Below are positions 1-13,236 of a DNA stretch of 64,000 nucleotides, piece by piece; the first letter of the stretch is position 1; each line of letters starts with the position of its first letter. The position numbers and the translations under genes are program-made. This stretch comes from Saccostrea echinata (lineage: Eukaryota), in assembly GCF_033153115.1 (NCBI RefSeq), contig NW_026889765.1, forward strand, positions 11,222,001 to 11,286,000, in the 5' to 3' direction. The notes beneath the pieces were generated by a model. The model did no database searches. It was not told where the DNA came from and was given only the letters and a program-made list of their open reading frames with translations.

Positions 1-3000
1 ACAACTAGTAGATGCTGCCCAACTGTTGGCAAAGTCAGCGGCGGTTCCCTCGCTGCCATCGACCTTTTTATACTCATTGACAGAGTCTCCATCATAGTTA
101 CCACATAACCCTTCCACTCTTCCTTGCCAGATGGGTTTCAGGAACACATATACACGGGTACCTGTTATTTAGAAGGAAATTTGAAAAAAATGCAAAATAA
201 AAATTGTTAAAAAGCAATTCTTTCTACCCTTATAGAAAACGTAGTTGCATCCTGGCAACAAGAATATTAAAGAAAATAGGTTTGATGACTAACCGCTGTC
301 CCAGAGGATGGTGAGATTGTCACTGGGAGCGTGGATAGATGTCCAGAAACTCTGTTTAGTGATGACAATGTCATTAACTTTATATGTATTGTCTGTTGTA
401 CTATTCACGTCGTCTTTTCCTCGGACAAGGTTTATTTCCTGACCTCTGATAGAGATCTGGATAGATTTCGTACAGGACACATCAGTACTACCGCATTTTA
501 CGTTTTCCGTGATGATCTGAAAACTTTTGTCTTTGGCTCTAGAGAGTATGTACGAACAAACTCCTTGGAAGGAATAGGCAAGTCCATCAAATGTAGTGTA
601 GTGGGGGTCTCCTGAAGCCCTGCAGACAGCTAAAAAGAGATCGAATTGAACAATTAGAGTTTTCCTATGGTCAAAAGATTCCTAAAATTACATTATCAGG
701 CTTTATGGTAATTTACCTGGACAGTTCTTGTCTTCAATCTTTCTCCAGTTCTGGTTCTCACAACGACTGTGAATTAATTGTATAAAGTATTGAGTATAAA
801 TCTAATGTAGATTTAGATGTATTCAATGTTTGATTTTTTAAGATATTTCATAAAGTCTGAATTTTAAAAAAAGAAATTAAATATGTTATAGAGAACAACT
901 CACAAAACTTTACATCCGTATGTGACGCTCTCACCGGGTTTATACCAATTAGTACCAAAGAGACATGGACATTGGTCGGAGGACACACATGTTCCCTATG
1001 GAAAGAATAGTTTTAGTGAAAACATATTCTTAAAAATATCATACTGATATTCCCAATCTAAACACTTTAAATTTTTTTTTGCATTTAACTTGGTTTTGAA
1101 ACATCTCCAATCTCTAACAAGTTTCCAAAATATAAAATTTCATTCTTAGGCTTACATCAGGCGCCATGTAGGTAGTTTGGTTGTTATTTTCGTCGCAAAC
1201 ACAGCCGTCCATTAGTACGTCGTTGTCACAAATCATCTCTCGGCCGTACATCTCGCACGTCTTTCGGCAAGCTGAAACACCCTTTCGGTACACTTGATTC
1301 TTCGGACAGATTATTTGCTCCTCACAGCTCTCTTTTCCACACGCAAATGTACCGTTTGTACACGTACTAGAAAAGGTATAGCAATGCATATGTATGTTGA
1401 GGAGTGAAAAGTTTTCATTTTAAATGTGCAAACAGAAACTCAGGCATTATAATTTTAAGTGTTTAGCAATTCAAGCTTAATAAAGGGCAAATATATACAA
1501 CTGCCTTACCAGTCTGTACACTTTCTGGTAACTACATCTCCTGCCTTCTTTATTCTGCTTTCTTTCGGTGAGTACTGATCGTAACATGTACACTGCTGAA
1601 TGTTGACACAGGTACCGTAATCGTCTTGGACCTGACCATTAGGACACATGCACCCGGGTACGCACTCTTCCTCACAGTTGGAATCTGCTAACTGCTGGTC
1701 ACGACACGTTCCGTGGCAAATTTTTGCACAATCTGTATATACTGACCCGGCTGATCCGTCTTGACTACAGCTTAAATAATTTTCTATTTTGAAATTAAAA
1801 AAAAAAACTTTAGAACACTTACCTAAAATCTGTGATTTTGTAAGTGAAAATACAGACGGCATTCTTAACACTATTGCCGATATCCATTCTCGTAAATGCT
1901 ATGATGCTTTAAATATTTTATCTACAATTATAGGACATTGTACATACCACACCGATTGATATAAGCGCTGTGGTTGTACCATGGTACAAATAAACCACTA
2001 AATGTACAATGGCGGGAGAAGGCCGACACAGTGTCACACAAAGCCTCCATGTTAAGCTGGGTGGTCCGCTTCATCATATCGTAATTACATTGTGTGTAAT
2101 AGAATTTGGACAACTCCTCGTGTTTCAGAATACATTCTGCAAAGAGGGCTCCACTAGCAGTGTCCATCAGAGGTTTACATGCTTCGTGTTTAGCCTCCAT
2201 CTCTAAATTGTAGCTGTAAGTTCCCGTCTGACAGGTCGAATCACCGTACGCATTTGCAAAGTTCTGAATTAATGCCTGTTCTCCACCATTGGGCACTTTG
2301 AAGTCATCAGTGATGTCGTAATTGAATTGTCCACACATTCCCCTTACCTAAAAGCCATGTAGTTTTATATTATTGAGGCTGCTTTAAAGGCTTAGCATAG
2401 AAAAAAATTGTTTGAAAGGTACATCATTCATCCCTCCATTTTTCTCAATTACAGACCAAAAATGGAACAGAAACCCTATATCATGTTTCAGAGGGTCTAG
2501 ATAAAAGTTGGTTTGTGGAGAACATTTTACTTTATCGTAAAAAGATGCTAGCTGCCAAATGCTTAATTTGTTCAAGCACATTCTTAACTTAAAACAACGA
2601 TATATCAATATATAGCTTATATAGCAATGTAAATAACCAGTTATATTTCTTTTTTCTTACCTTGTTAGCATAAAATGGTTTAAGGTCTATGTAAAGAGTT
2701 CTTCTTTTATCGTAAAGAATCTTCAAGCCAAATGCTTTAACGACTCTAAACTTATTGGTGACGTCTTTAACATAGATTCCTCCGAAAGAGTAAGGTGTGT
2801 TTCGAATTGTGTCACTGTAGTCCACGTGATTAATGAATATTTTGTCTTTCTCCATCTTAACAATAGCACTTTGATATGTCAGTGTGATGCCACTGATACA
2901 ATTCACGTCTTGGAAGTCAGTACACTTGTCCATTTTTACTTTGATCGTCATGTTAGCGCGTTCATTCTCTTGTGCAATATTAGAATCCGGCTATATAAGA

Positions 3001-4145
3001 AAAAAAAAACAACATACCATCCAAATTCGAGAGAAGTCAAACATAGTCAAAATAGCTTAATTTTTCTGAAAACATTTCAAGGAAAATATTTCTATTCATA
3101 TCAATACATGTAGTTTCTTTTTTAATTCTTCAAATAGTTTCCATGCCAATCAAAAGGTTCCTTTTTTAACTTCATTTCAATAATTTGCTAAAAACTTTTG
3201 TAAGAAATGTTATCTTTTTGCATATCAATACCTCAACTAATGTATATGAGCAGGAGTCTGGAGCAAAACTGTAACGATTTCCATCAAATGTGGCGACGTG
3301 ATTCAATCCTGTCATTTCACAGCTAGACGAACATCGGTCTTCTTCACAGGTCCATCTTCCTCTATCACAGGTGCTGAAAAATAGGACTTGAACGGTATAC
3401 TAACAATTACCAAATTATTGAATGATTTTAGGAACCACACACAATTAAAGGTTGGCTTTTATGATAGAAAATTATTCTTTACAATAAACAATAACTTTCT
3501 ATGTGGAATACTTTGAAACACTCTAGATCTTACCAAAGATTACAGCGTTGTTTAATGGTATCGCCATGCTTGTACTGCTTCTTGTTAAATTCACACATGC
3601 AGTCCTCTGCCTTGACACATTTTCCGTCCTGAAGGAAGGTCCCCACTGGACACTGACATCCGCTGATACACATCTTACACTCATCTGGCTCCACTAGGTA
3701 AAGTGTCCTGCAGGTCCGGGGGCAGGAGGAGGTACACTCAGAATATTCCAAGGGTGTGGGACACTCTCGTGCTGTAGTAAAATATAGTGGATTTGACATC
3801 TTTTTAACAATGTATTTCTTTATTTATTCCTATTATTGAATAAAAAGTATCATGTAATTTTTTTATATATCTTTAAAACGAGGTTTGATAAAAATGCCAG
3901 TCCCTACTTGCATTACTCATAGTCATACTCACGACATAAATATTTGGACCTCCATTTCATGACGATGTTGATAGCGGCACATTCCTGGGAATAAGCATTG
4001 GCATATTGGCATCGCACGTCGTTTCTGTCTTTTTCTGTCGTGGCTTTACAGTGCATATTCTTACACATTGTGTAGTACATCTTTGGGTTAATCTGTGGAT
4101 AAGTGTGTAAAATGAGGTATCCTTACTTGGTAGTACAAACAAATT

Positions 4146-4197
<52 letters not shown>

Positions 4198-7100
4198 GGT
4201 TTCATTTTCATAAATTAGTTTTGTTTAATTGAAATCTTATATGGTACCAATTTTGATACACCAGATGCGCATTTTGACAAATTATGTCTCTTCAGTGATG
4301 CTCATGCCGAATCTATTACTTAATTTGATTAAATCTGAAATACAGTATTTTTCAAACATAGGTTTTACAACTCAATATAGGATTGCATTGGGTAATCTTT
4401 CTCTAGTGTAATTTCAATAGTTCTTTAATTTGAATGGCTATTTCCGAGATCCGTATCCAATGATATCCTTCTTCTGTTTGTATACATGTTATTCATTCAC
4501 TAGGACAAAGCAGTATTAGTTTATAATATTATGCCTATTTTGTATCATCCTCATCTTTCAGGTATTCAATTTTCATGTTATTTATATTTTTTATTACTTC
4601 AACTTTTGATTAAATGCTATTCTGCTGATAAATACATCATCAATGTATCTATTATAACTATTATAAACTTCGTCATCGTACATGGTTATACATCGTATAT
4701 CATAACTGAACGATTTGAATTTCTCAAATGTTTAACATATAGCGAGTTTACTTATTGAAATGGGAATATCTTTTTCATTATACATTTCATATTACTTGCA
4801 ACATAATGTGTATTTTCATTGTTGGTCAATACCTTCAGTTAATATTTCTTCGGAAAAAAGGATTTTTTTATGTTACTCCGCTGTTAATGACATTAAACTG
4901 ATAGTTATGATGTTAATTATATGAAACACGTCATCAGCAAATTTGATGTTAAAATTTCTCATACATTATTCTCTTGTTTGATTCAGAGCTGCTCTATTTC
5001 ATGTACGTTTCTCCTTTGTAAAATATTTTTATACTTCTTTTTATCTCCCAATTACCCTTGCATATAGAACTTGAATTTCCTTTTTTTTTTTACTATTTGC
5101 TCTTTTGGAAGAGTCGTGCTATTTTCCTTTATTGTTTGTTTGTATAACCTCGAGAATTTTTCGCTCATATTGAGACGCCACCACTTGCCGGAGGAGGGCT
5201 GCAAATTTAGACCTGTACTCGCCCGCACTTAGAACTGCACTTACGGCTTTCGAACAGAGAGGGATCTTTTTCGTGCCAGCACCTAATGTGACACTGGACC
5301 TCGGTTTATACAGTCTCACCTGCGACGTAAGGATCAACTCCTTAGTCCGTGACACTAGAGTAAACGCTCTTACCACTGGGCGACCTTTTTTCTTTTATAA
5401 TCTATTACTCAAAACTGTAATATTTAATTTAAACAAAGTCCCCAATGTACAAAATAACTTTAACAAATTGCAAATTACAGCAACTAGTTTTCCTTCAAAT
5501 ATTGGTAAAAAGCTAGCAATTGACAATGTTGACAAGATTATCTTCAGACACAGTTCATTGCATGCAAATGACAAGAAGAATATTTTGAAATGTGTTTCTT
5601 TGATTATCTTAATCTAACGGATATTATTTGTGTTTAAATGTAAGTTGTTTTTTTAAACAAAGGATCGATTCCATCCAATGTTTAAATAAATGGATTTAAT
5701 AATATAATTTTGAACTTAGTTATGGCGTCATATTATTGGTAATAAGATTTCGTGTGCCTCCGTGTATACATATAAATAAGGAATCATACTTGACAATCAT
5801 ATTCATAATATATGTAATACATGTATTACATTGTAGGTTTTCAGACTCAAAAGCGTTTTTATAATCTTCTTTACAGATCATAAATCTCATACGTTACTTA
5901 CAGCTGTATGACAGGGGTGAAGCAATGAGTTTATTAGGGCGCATGCGTCATTCGCAGCCTTTTCATCTTCTGGTGTACGGCAGTAATTTGGCATATAACC
6001 GGCTGGACTGCACTGTTAACATAAAAAGAAGGTGTTACACAGAACTGTAATGTTTGGATCAAATGCTTAAGTATAAATCTGTATAAACTTTATTGGCTGC
6101 CATATTGTCATAGAAATCTATTTTCTACGCCAATATCTACAATCTTCACAATATTTCAATTATGCCTTATTGTGATAAATCAGACTTTATTGTAAATTTA
6201 GACACGTCCTCATATCATTATATATTTATTCATGTCCTCTTTTTTTACTTTCTCAAAGATTTATCCAATTCCCTATGTTCAATTAATATATCTCCAAAGT
6301 GGCACAGAGGGAACAGCGATTTGTAATGGTGCCCTTTCTCCAAGGAGGGTCTTATGTAACATTTCGTGAAGTGATATTTGGGAAGATGTGAGCCATACAC
6401 AGGATGGGATTGATTCCTTTAAAGGATGTTGGTAATGGATATTGGTGAAGTAGGTATTGCAGAAAAGATATCCAATCCCTCATTAGGACAATATTCTATT
6501 TAGTTCTATTGACTTATCCTTCAACGGTTTTAATAAGTTCTTCTTTAGCTAGAAGAGACATTTCTTAGATTTCGTACGTTTGTATAGAAGAATTAAACAG
6601 GTTAAGAAAGTCATGTCATGAATAAAAGCATTCAGGGGGATTTCAATATTAATTGAAGCATTCGACACCAGTTTCCCTTTAAATTAAGCAGATCACATTA
6701 GTCTTCAAAACTTACTTCTGCAACATCCCTTCTCTAACACGTAAAAAGATTTAATGATTTATAGATTAATGATGGTCAGCTTTACAAAAGTTAATATATT
6801 CATTTACATTTAAGGATTAATAACACAAAGCAAAAAAGAAAGATGATGCATGGATTGGTATATATATATTTTTTTTTTTTACAGATTTTCAAAAGAAATG
6901 ACACAAATTAATTCCTAAAACATAAAGAAATTGTAAGTATTCTTTATTTTTTTAAAAAATGAGACTGTGTGCCATATGTATTAATCTATACAATTTTTTG
7001 CACATATTTCATTACAATATTACAAAATCGTACAAGATTTTTCAATTCAGTCTGACAAACATTATCCAAGTTATCTATATGAACATAAATCTATTAGACT

Positions 7101-10100
7101 TATTGCTGATTTCCGAAAAAAAGGGTGTGTGTGTCATTTATACTAAATTAAGTAATATATCAATGTGCTTCGTAAGATTACCGTGCCATAACCAATATAT
7201 TTTTCCTCTTGATACCTAAGGTACATTGAAATCTAAATCATTATGACATCACAATCAAAACAACATTATTTTTAACAAGAGTAAAGACATAACAATAGAT
7301 ATTTATAATTTCATTTTTAGAAGATAAGACTTACCCCGTCGATAGAGTTGACCACCTGCCAGGAATTAGCAAAATGAACTGCACTGCTGGACAGAGTTCC
7401 GGAGGATGTTTTGAACTCATCTACGAGAAAGAGCATCATTCTTTTTTATCAAACTTTTAGCAGAAAGATGGGTAAAGCCAATTGATAAAAAACGAACACG
7501 CAGGATCTACACCTACTTTTTTGCTGCATTAATCAACTCACCGCTAGGATCACGGTTCAAATTCCCACAGAGACCTTGGAATTTGACGTCCCCCTGAACT
7601 TTGTCGCTGTGTATGGTGAGGGCCACGGTCGACTCACTGTCCACTTTTAAGCTGACACCTTTGGCAGAATCCACAAATATCCACCCACTCATGTTACGTA
7701 CAGTAAATGCTGAAAGAAACCACAGAGGGACAAAGAACAATGTAAACGAAGATATGGCCTCAATGTATCCAAAGTATACTTATATATCAGCAGATTTAGT
7801 GATTATTGTTTAATTTTTTATATTGGAGGGATCTCAATTCCATGTATCAGTAAATTCAAGTAAGTGGACAAGAAAAAATAACACATTTATATCCAAACAT
7901 TCGTTAAAATGTCCCGGAATTACATTATCACCTCTATACATATATAGATATATGTGATATGGTAATCAAAAATATTTTTGGTGATCAATTTTATTTTTAG
8001 GTAAATTATGAAATTGTTATAATTGTAAAAAACAATCATTTATATTAAATAATTACATAGTACCCCACTACTTCCTATATTGATGAATTTCTGCTTTTGT
8101 TATATAAGCTGTTATTTTTAGTATGAGTAGTATGTTGAATTCAGGCATTACCATCCTGGATCACACTATCCTATATAGAAACTATCGAACAACCAGGTAG
8201 AACGAATTTAATAATTACCATTCTAACCTAATATCCACTGATAATATTATGCAATGTGTAACAAAACTAGAATACTTTTCTTCCATTATTTATATATGTA
8301 TTATTTCTTATAATTCGTAAATGAATTTAATCTAATTGAAATCATAATTTACATCATTAGCTAACAACAGCACTATACATTATACATGTTTATATCATTT
8401 TGGATGGTGACATTACCCTCTGATGATACATGCTAATATCATATCATGGTTATTATCATTATCCATAATATCTTATATACATATATCATAAGTGGATAAT
8501 ATCACTATCCATAATGATATATTATATACATGTATCATTAGTGGGTAAAATTACTGTCCATAATGGTATGATATACACATCTATCATTAGTGGACGATGC
8601 AGTGTAGGTAAAACTGGTTGTGGATTCAATATTATCATTAATGTGTACAAATGATTCCACTAAAACTACAAACCTGAAATCATAGTGGAATTTACTTTAT
8701 AAAAGAGTCTAGCTATTATGTATAATTATATTTTTGACACCATTCCCTTATTGGGTAATATTTATACACACTGTTATCTGGTGTAGATTTCGGTGTCTCC
8801 CCTGTCAGAATGAAGTCCACATCATTCACCTTCACCTGTCCTGCCTCGACAGAAATAGTCTCTCCGCTTCCAAGGAATATGGTTACTTTCTAAAACCCAA
8901 TGCAAAAAGGGTGATCTTCAGAGCAGGTATTTATTCTTTTTGACTTTTTAAGCAAGTTTTTAGCATTGTCTCAGCTTAAGGACATACGCAAGGTACCTTA
9001 CCTACCGATAATTTTTCAAGATATTCTCAATTTAAGATTATAGTGCCATCAGATGTTCTTAGACAAAAAAATCAGCATGCATTACCAGGGTTTTTGAAAA
9101 TATATCAATTGATAAAAATTCTTGTATAATTCAACGAAAGATATTCAAAAATTTCTTTACATATATTCTAGATGTTTTGTTTATCCAAACTTTTTTAGAA
9201 GAAGTGTACAACAGCATATATAGACATTAAAATATAGCCCACAGTTCCTTTAAGTATTGGAACTCTTCAACTCCAAGGAAAAAGACAATAAAGTTCAAAG
9301 TGTGTTGCATATGTCCTTAACTTGTGAGTTCTTTCCTAAATGCTGCTTATTGAGTAAGTCGTACCTTTGTACATTCGCTTATTCTTGCACAGTTCTTCGG
9401 TGTCACCTCGACATTCCAGCCCTTGTCTGCGTCTTTAAGCATAGTGTACGTACACATTCCTCCGAACTCATACTCCAGTCCATCAAATGTTCGGTAATAG
9501 CTTGGTCCAAAGTTCAGACACGTTTGGAACGGAAGTTCATTGGTCTGTACTATAACCGAAGTATCCGCTACAATTTAATAAAATAACAAAGGTTATACCC
9601 GAAATAATCAAATCTCAAAGAAGCCCTTTAAGGCAACACTAAATTAAGAAAAGTACCACATAGAACTTAGAGCAATGCTTATTTATATTATCCATAATGT
9701 TTCTACTGAAACAACTAACTTGTAGTGTTTGCGACTGCGCACTTGCTGCAGTCGTTTGAGCCAACACCCCATCCTCTGCCACCATTAGTGCAGCAGTCGG
9801 CCTCTGTTACTATCTGGTTATAATATTTCTCCACTTTAGCTTTGGAGCATAGGGAGTCTGTGTAACAAAACTTGTTGGTGCTCGAAGCATCTGGAAATCG
9901 AAAAGATGATTGATTTTTTTTTTTTACTTCAATGGTCAATTACTATTTTCCCAAGCAGACCCCAAAAACCAAAAACAGTAATAAAAACCTCTTTCTTGAA
10001 ATATGTATATTTCGTTTAGGAATCACTGTTTTCTGGGACCTTAATTGATGTGGATATCAAAATAAGGTTGAGAAGTCTGTTCATTTTCCTTTTTTTTTTC

Positions 10101-12345
10101 TTTAGGGGTCATGAATATTTTTCACAAGTTAAATTTGACAAATGACAAACATCAAACACAGTCACAATATTGTCAAGTGTCATTGTGAGCACGCACCTGA
10201 TATTTTATCCTCACACCGGTATCCTGTATATTCGGGGGGACAAGTACAAACATCAGTTGGACTCGTACATTGTCCACCATTTTGACAACTCGGGGTACAG
10301 TGCGCTGAAAATAAATGCAGGAATATTGATTTTAAGATACCTTTCAGTAGTATTTTTCGAGTTCTGTTTAAATCAAATGCATTTTTTATTTAAGCATGCT
10401 AATTTTTCGAAACATTAAACTTCCCTTATAAATAGCCTGGGGAATAACTGGATTTGTATGATATGCTTTTTAAAATAAATTTTAAACTTTAACTTAATAT
10501 TGGATTAACATGAAGTAAAAATTAACTTTTCATCATATATGTAAATGGAGCTGTTTTCAAGGGGTTTTTTTTTTATAATCGTTTAATATGCTATGCTAAC
10601 GATATATCATTGGTTCTTATTCCTCGGTGTCCACTTACCAATGTCACATAACAGAGTGCCTTCTTGTGAGCTGATCCACCCATTACAGCAGCCCTGGGAA
10701 GTCGCATGTGTGACCCTAAAAATAGATTCAATCACTCTGAATACTACTAGAATCTAAACTTTTTCGGACTGTGTTGACATGAAGAATGATTATGTTGCCC
10801 TGTGTCATTTTTTAACAAACAGCATAAATAATGGCATTTAACTTTGAAAAGCAGATCTTATTGTTTTCACAAGAGACATTTTGCTGAGTACCTCTTGGTG
10901 TCAAAAGGGACAGAAATGTCACTATACAATTATTGTTCAAAATATGCAAAAGATGTTATTTGGTGAAATATACAACATATCAATGTCAGCAGGCAAACAG
11001 TTACAGGATACGTCCTGTACGACAAAGAATTGTCATGTATGAAGAATCTTTTATTTGATTGAGTTGTACCCTTTTCATGAGATATGTCACTTTTAATATT
11101 GTTTCAAACATTAAACTATCATCGATTTGTTTCACTCTCTGTTTCTATAACAACAACATCGTTTTAAACCACGGTCGGTAGTCCGCGTATATATTTCTCT
11201 CCTACCCGTGGCTACTGATCAATACATGAAACCTAAAACTGCGACTGGGAATTGAAAGGTTGCCTCAAAGGTCAGATTCCAACTATGCTTTACCCGCATT
11301 GGTCAATATTTTAATGAGCTACGAAATATTCTCTTCTCATTCAACCATGACCGAAAGGGAGAGGATCAGACATTTTGGCCTTGGCTTGAGTCGATGAAAT
11401 ATGACGATAACGAACAGTATTCAATCTCGAAAGTGCAATGAAACGATACAAATTTGGAGCAGAGCAAATACGGACCTCAAATTTTAGAGGTGGGGTCAGG
11501 TGCCATGGAGGAGTGAGCATCCCCTGCCGACCGGTCACACCCGCTGTGTGCTCCTTGTCATAATCGGGAAAAAACCCCGGAAAAATCCGTAGACAGTTCA
11601 GTGTAACAACGGATACATATGAGGCTCGTAAGATATTTCTGTTTTCAAATGTTTTTGTGATGCTTTTGTTTATTAAAAACAGAAAGGACGAAGTCCAGTA
11701 ATATCTGATACTTAAGTTGTAAAGTACTTTGTAGAGACGCCTTTTTGTACAAATAACAGCGTCCTAAATATTTATAGGAATTACATTGAAATATTGCCAA
11801 AGATGGTTGACATGAGAACATAGATATATATATACGTCATGAACTTAAAAAATTGTGTAGAGGGCTTTTCTAAGAAAGCATCATTTAATAAAATTATGAG
11901 TGCAAGATAGTTTCCGGCATATATAAAACTTCATGTGGCTATTTCCTCATCACTTATTTTTGTATCCGTCTGTCCAAAATTATAACAAAGAATGACACAT
12001 CAGCAAAACTTTTCATCATTTTTTAATTTAGAAGTACATATATTCGAATTGCAGAGACTGGGATTTGTATCCCAAATTTCATGCTTGCGTTTTAATGTCG
12101 TTTGTTCGGTGTTATGTGTATCTTTGAAATGTACTCAGTATCTAATACATGAATCTTACTTGAAGAAGAAGCAGTCTAAGTCACCAGGGTTTCTGACGAT
12201 ATCGTTGATTTGTTTGGGTGTTTTTCCTGGAAAGGACTTGGTCTGGTTTAACGTCCATCCCGTTACCACCTTGTCTATGAATTTGGCACATTTTTCCTCT
12301 GATTCTTGACTTATCGTCCGTGTAAAATTACATACATGACTGAGG
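1..12345 (-). CDS. Gel-forming mucin / von Willebrand factor / SCO-spondin / hemolectin-like protein, partial (EMI-like, EGF, TB-like, VWD1-C8-TIL-E, VWD2-C8-TIL-TIL-E, VWD3...)
   Basis: 20 phase-compatible GT-AG exons in transcription order: 12345-12160, 10715-10639 (GCCNGW), 10304-10197 (EGF: CTPSCQNGGQCTSPTDVCTCPPEYTGYRC), 9890-9720 (CCTNGGRGWG, TB-like), 9567-9365 (VWD1: YYRTFDGLEYEFGGMCTY), 8889-8772, 7709-7542 (QGLCGNLN), 7420-7335, 6012-5902, 4092-3933 (C8), 3771-3534 (TIL), 3373-3232 (VWD2: HVATFDGNRYSF), 2990-2661, 2347-1948, 1783-1510, 1366-1156, 995-904, 766-717, 629-294 (VWD3: GDPHYTTFDG), 161-1 (EGLCGNYDG). The signal-peptide exon was not resolved, and the gene runs off the left edge. 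Confidence 0.9.
4147..4191. repeat. Compound (TA)n(GA)n microsatellite
   Basis: Directly visible, in a mucin intron. Confidence 0.95.
5130..5385 (-). mobile_element. tRNA-derived SINE-like interspersed repeat
   Basis: The minus strand begins GGTCGCCCAGTGGTAAGAGCG (A-box-like) with a degenerate B-box (GAGTTGATCC), has a GC-rich body, and ends in an (AAAC)n-type tail near 5130-5140. Confidence 0.6.
8400..8600. repeat. Degenerate ~45-bp minisatellite
   Basis: Recurring atcattagtgg...atcc/gtccataat...tatacat units. Confidence 0.55.
8980..9316. mobile_element. Kolobok-like MITE (TTAA TSD)
   Basis: ttaa|GGACATACGCAA ... TTGCATATGTCC|ttaa: short imperfect TIRs flanked by TTAA. Confidence 0.55.
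11385..11600 (-). repeat. High-copy interspersed repeat fragment (spurious 'GRQGMLTPPWHL' ORF)
   Basis: GC-rich block gggatgctcactcctccatggcacctgaccccacctct, recalled as a common oyster interspersed repeat; intronic. Confidence 0.5.
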
Positions 12346-12869
12346 CTAAAAGTAGAGAAAAAACATTTATTTAAAAGCAAAGCAAAAACCAATGAATCTT
12401 ATTTCTACAAATTTGTTTATTATTTTCATATTTTATTGGTCGACTGTGAACCTCCAAATGTTTAGTTAACTTTTGTTATGTGAACTTCAATTATATACGC
12501 AGGTTTGAAATTGTTGTTTGTTATTTTATTTCTTAATTTTATTTAGTTTCTTTTTTTTCGGATAACAGAGCTCTCTTACATTGTTATTACTCTTACTAAA
12601 ATTTCATGTCACTGACAAACAACTTAACCAGCGCTCTTCGAAATCATTATAATATAGAAAGTATACACGGGGATGTGTTTTCGCCATGTTTGAGATCAAC
12701 TTTTCTATCGCAAATTTTGGACTTATGATAGGAAGTTATATGAATAACCATATACCATATGAGTAACTTCCCTCTTAAACTTTTACATATCATGCTCGTG
12801 CTGAACGCCAGGTTGAAACTTGCGTTTTTGATGCTGTAAATTTTACCCCTTTAGAAGTAAAAAAAAAAA

Positions 12870-13010
12870 AGGTCTCGAAAGATGAGGAGTTCGAGAAATC
12901 AAGAGTAAATTTGCTTAGTTATATAGGGGAAAAATTCGGGACCGGAGACTCACTTCGAGCGATCAAGAACTTCGAGAGATCGAAGTTCGAACCATCAAGA
13001 GTTACCTGTA
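12870..13010. mobile_element. Tc1/mariner-type MITE, right half
   Basis: Repeated ttcgag-a motifs ending ...gagttacCTG|TA; same family as the complete copy at 55244-55419. Confidence 0.5.
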
Positions 13011-13171
13011 TCTTTAAGCGAACAGTTTTAACGGTCCGTAGATAAGATATGTACAAACTATGAATCACCCAAGATTAATTTTAATTAAATAACTAAATTA
13101 CGTTTAGATTTCATCAAACTTTTTTCCTTCCTTTTTTCAATCTTACATTGTACGGTACCTATTTATTAAGA

Positions 13172-13174
<3 letters not shown>

Positions 13175-13232
<58 letters not shown>
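13175..13232. repeat. (CT)n microsatellite
   Basis: Directly visible. Confidence 0.95.
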
Positions 13233-13236
<4 letters not shown>

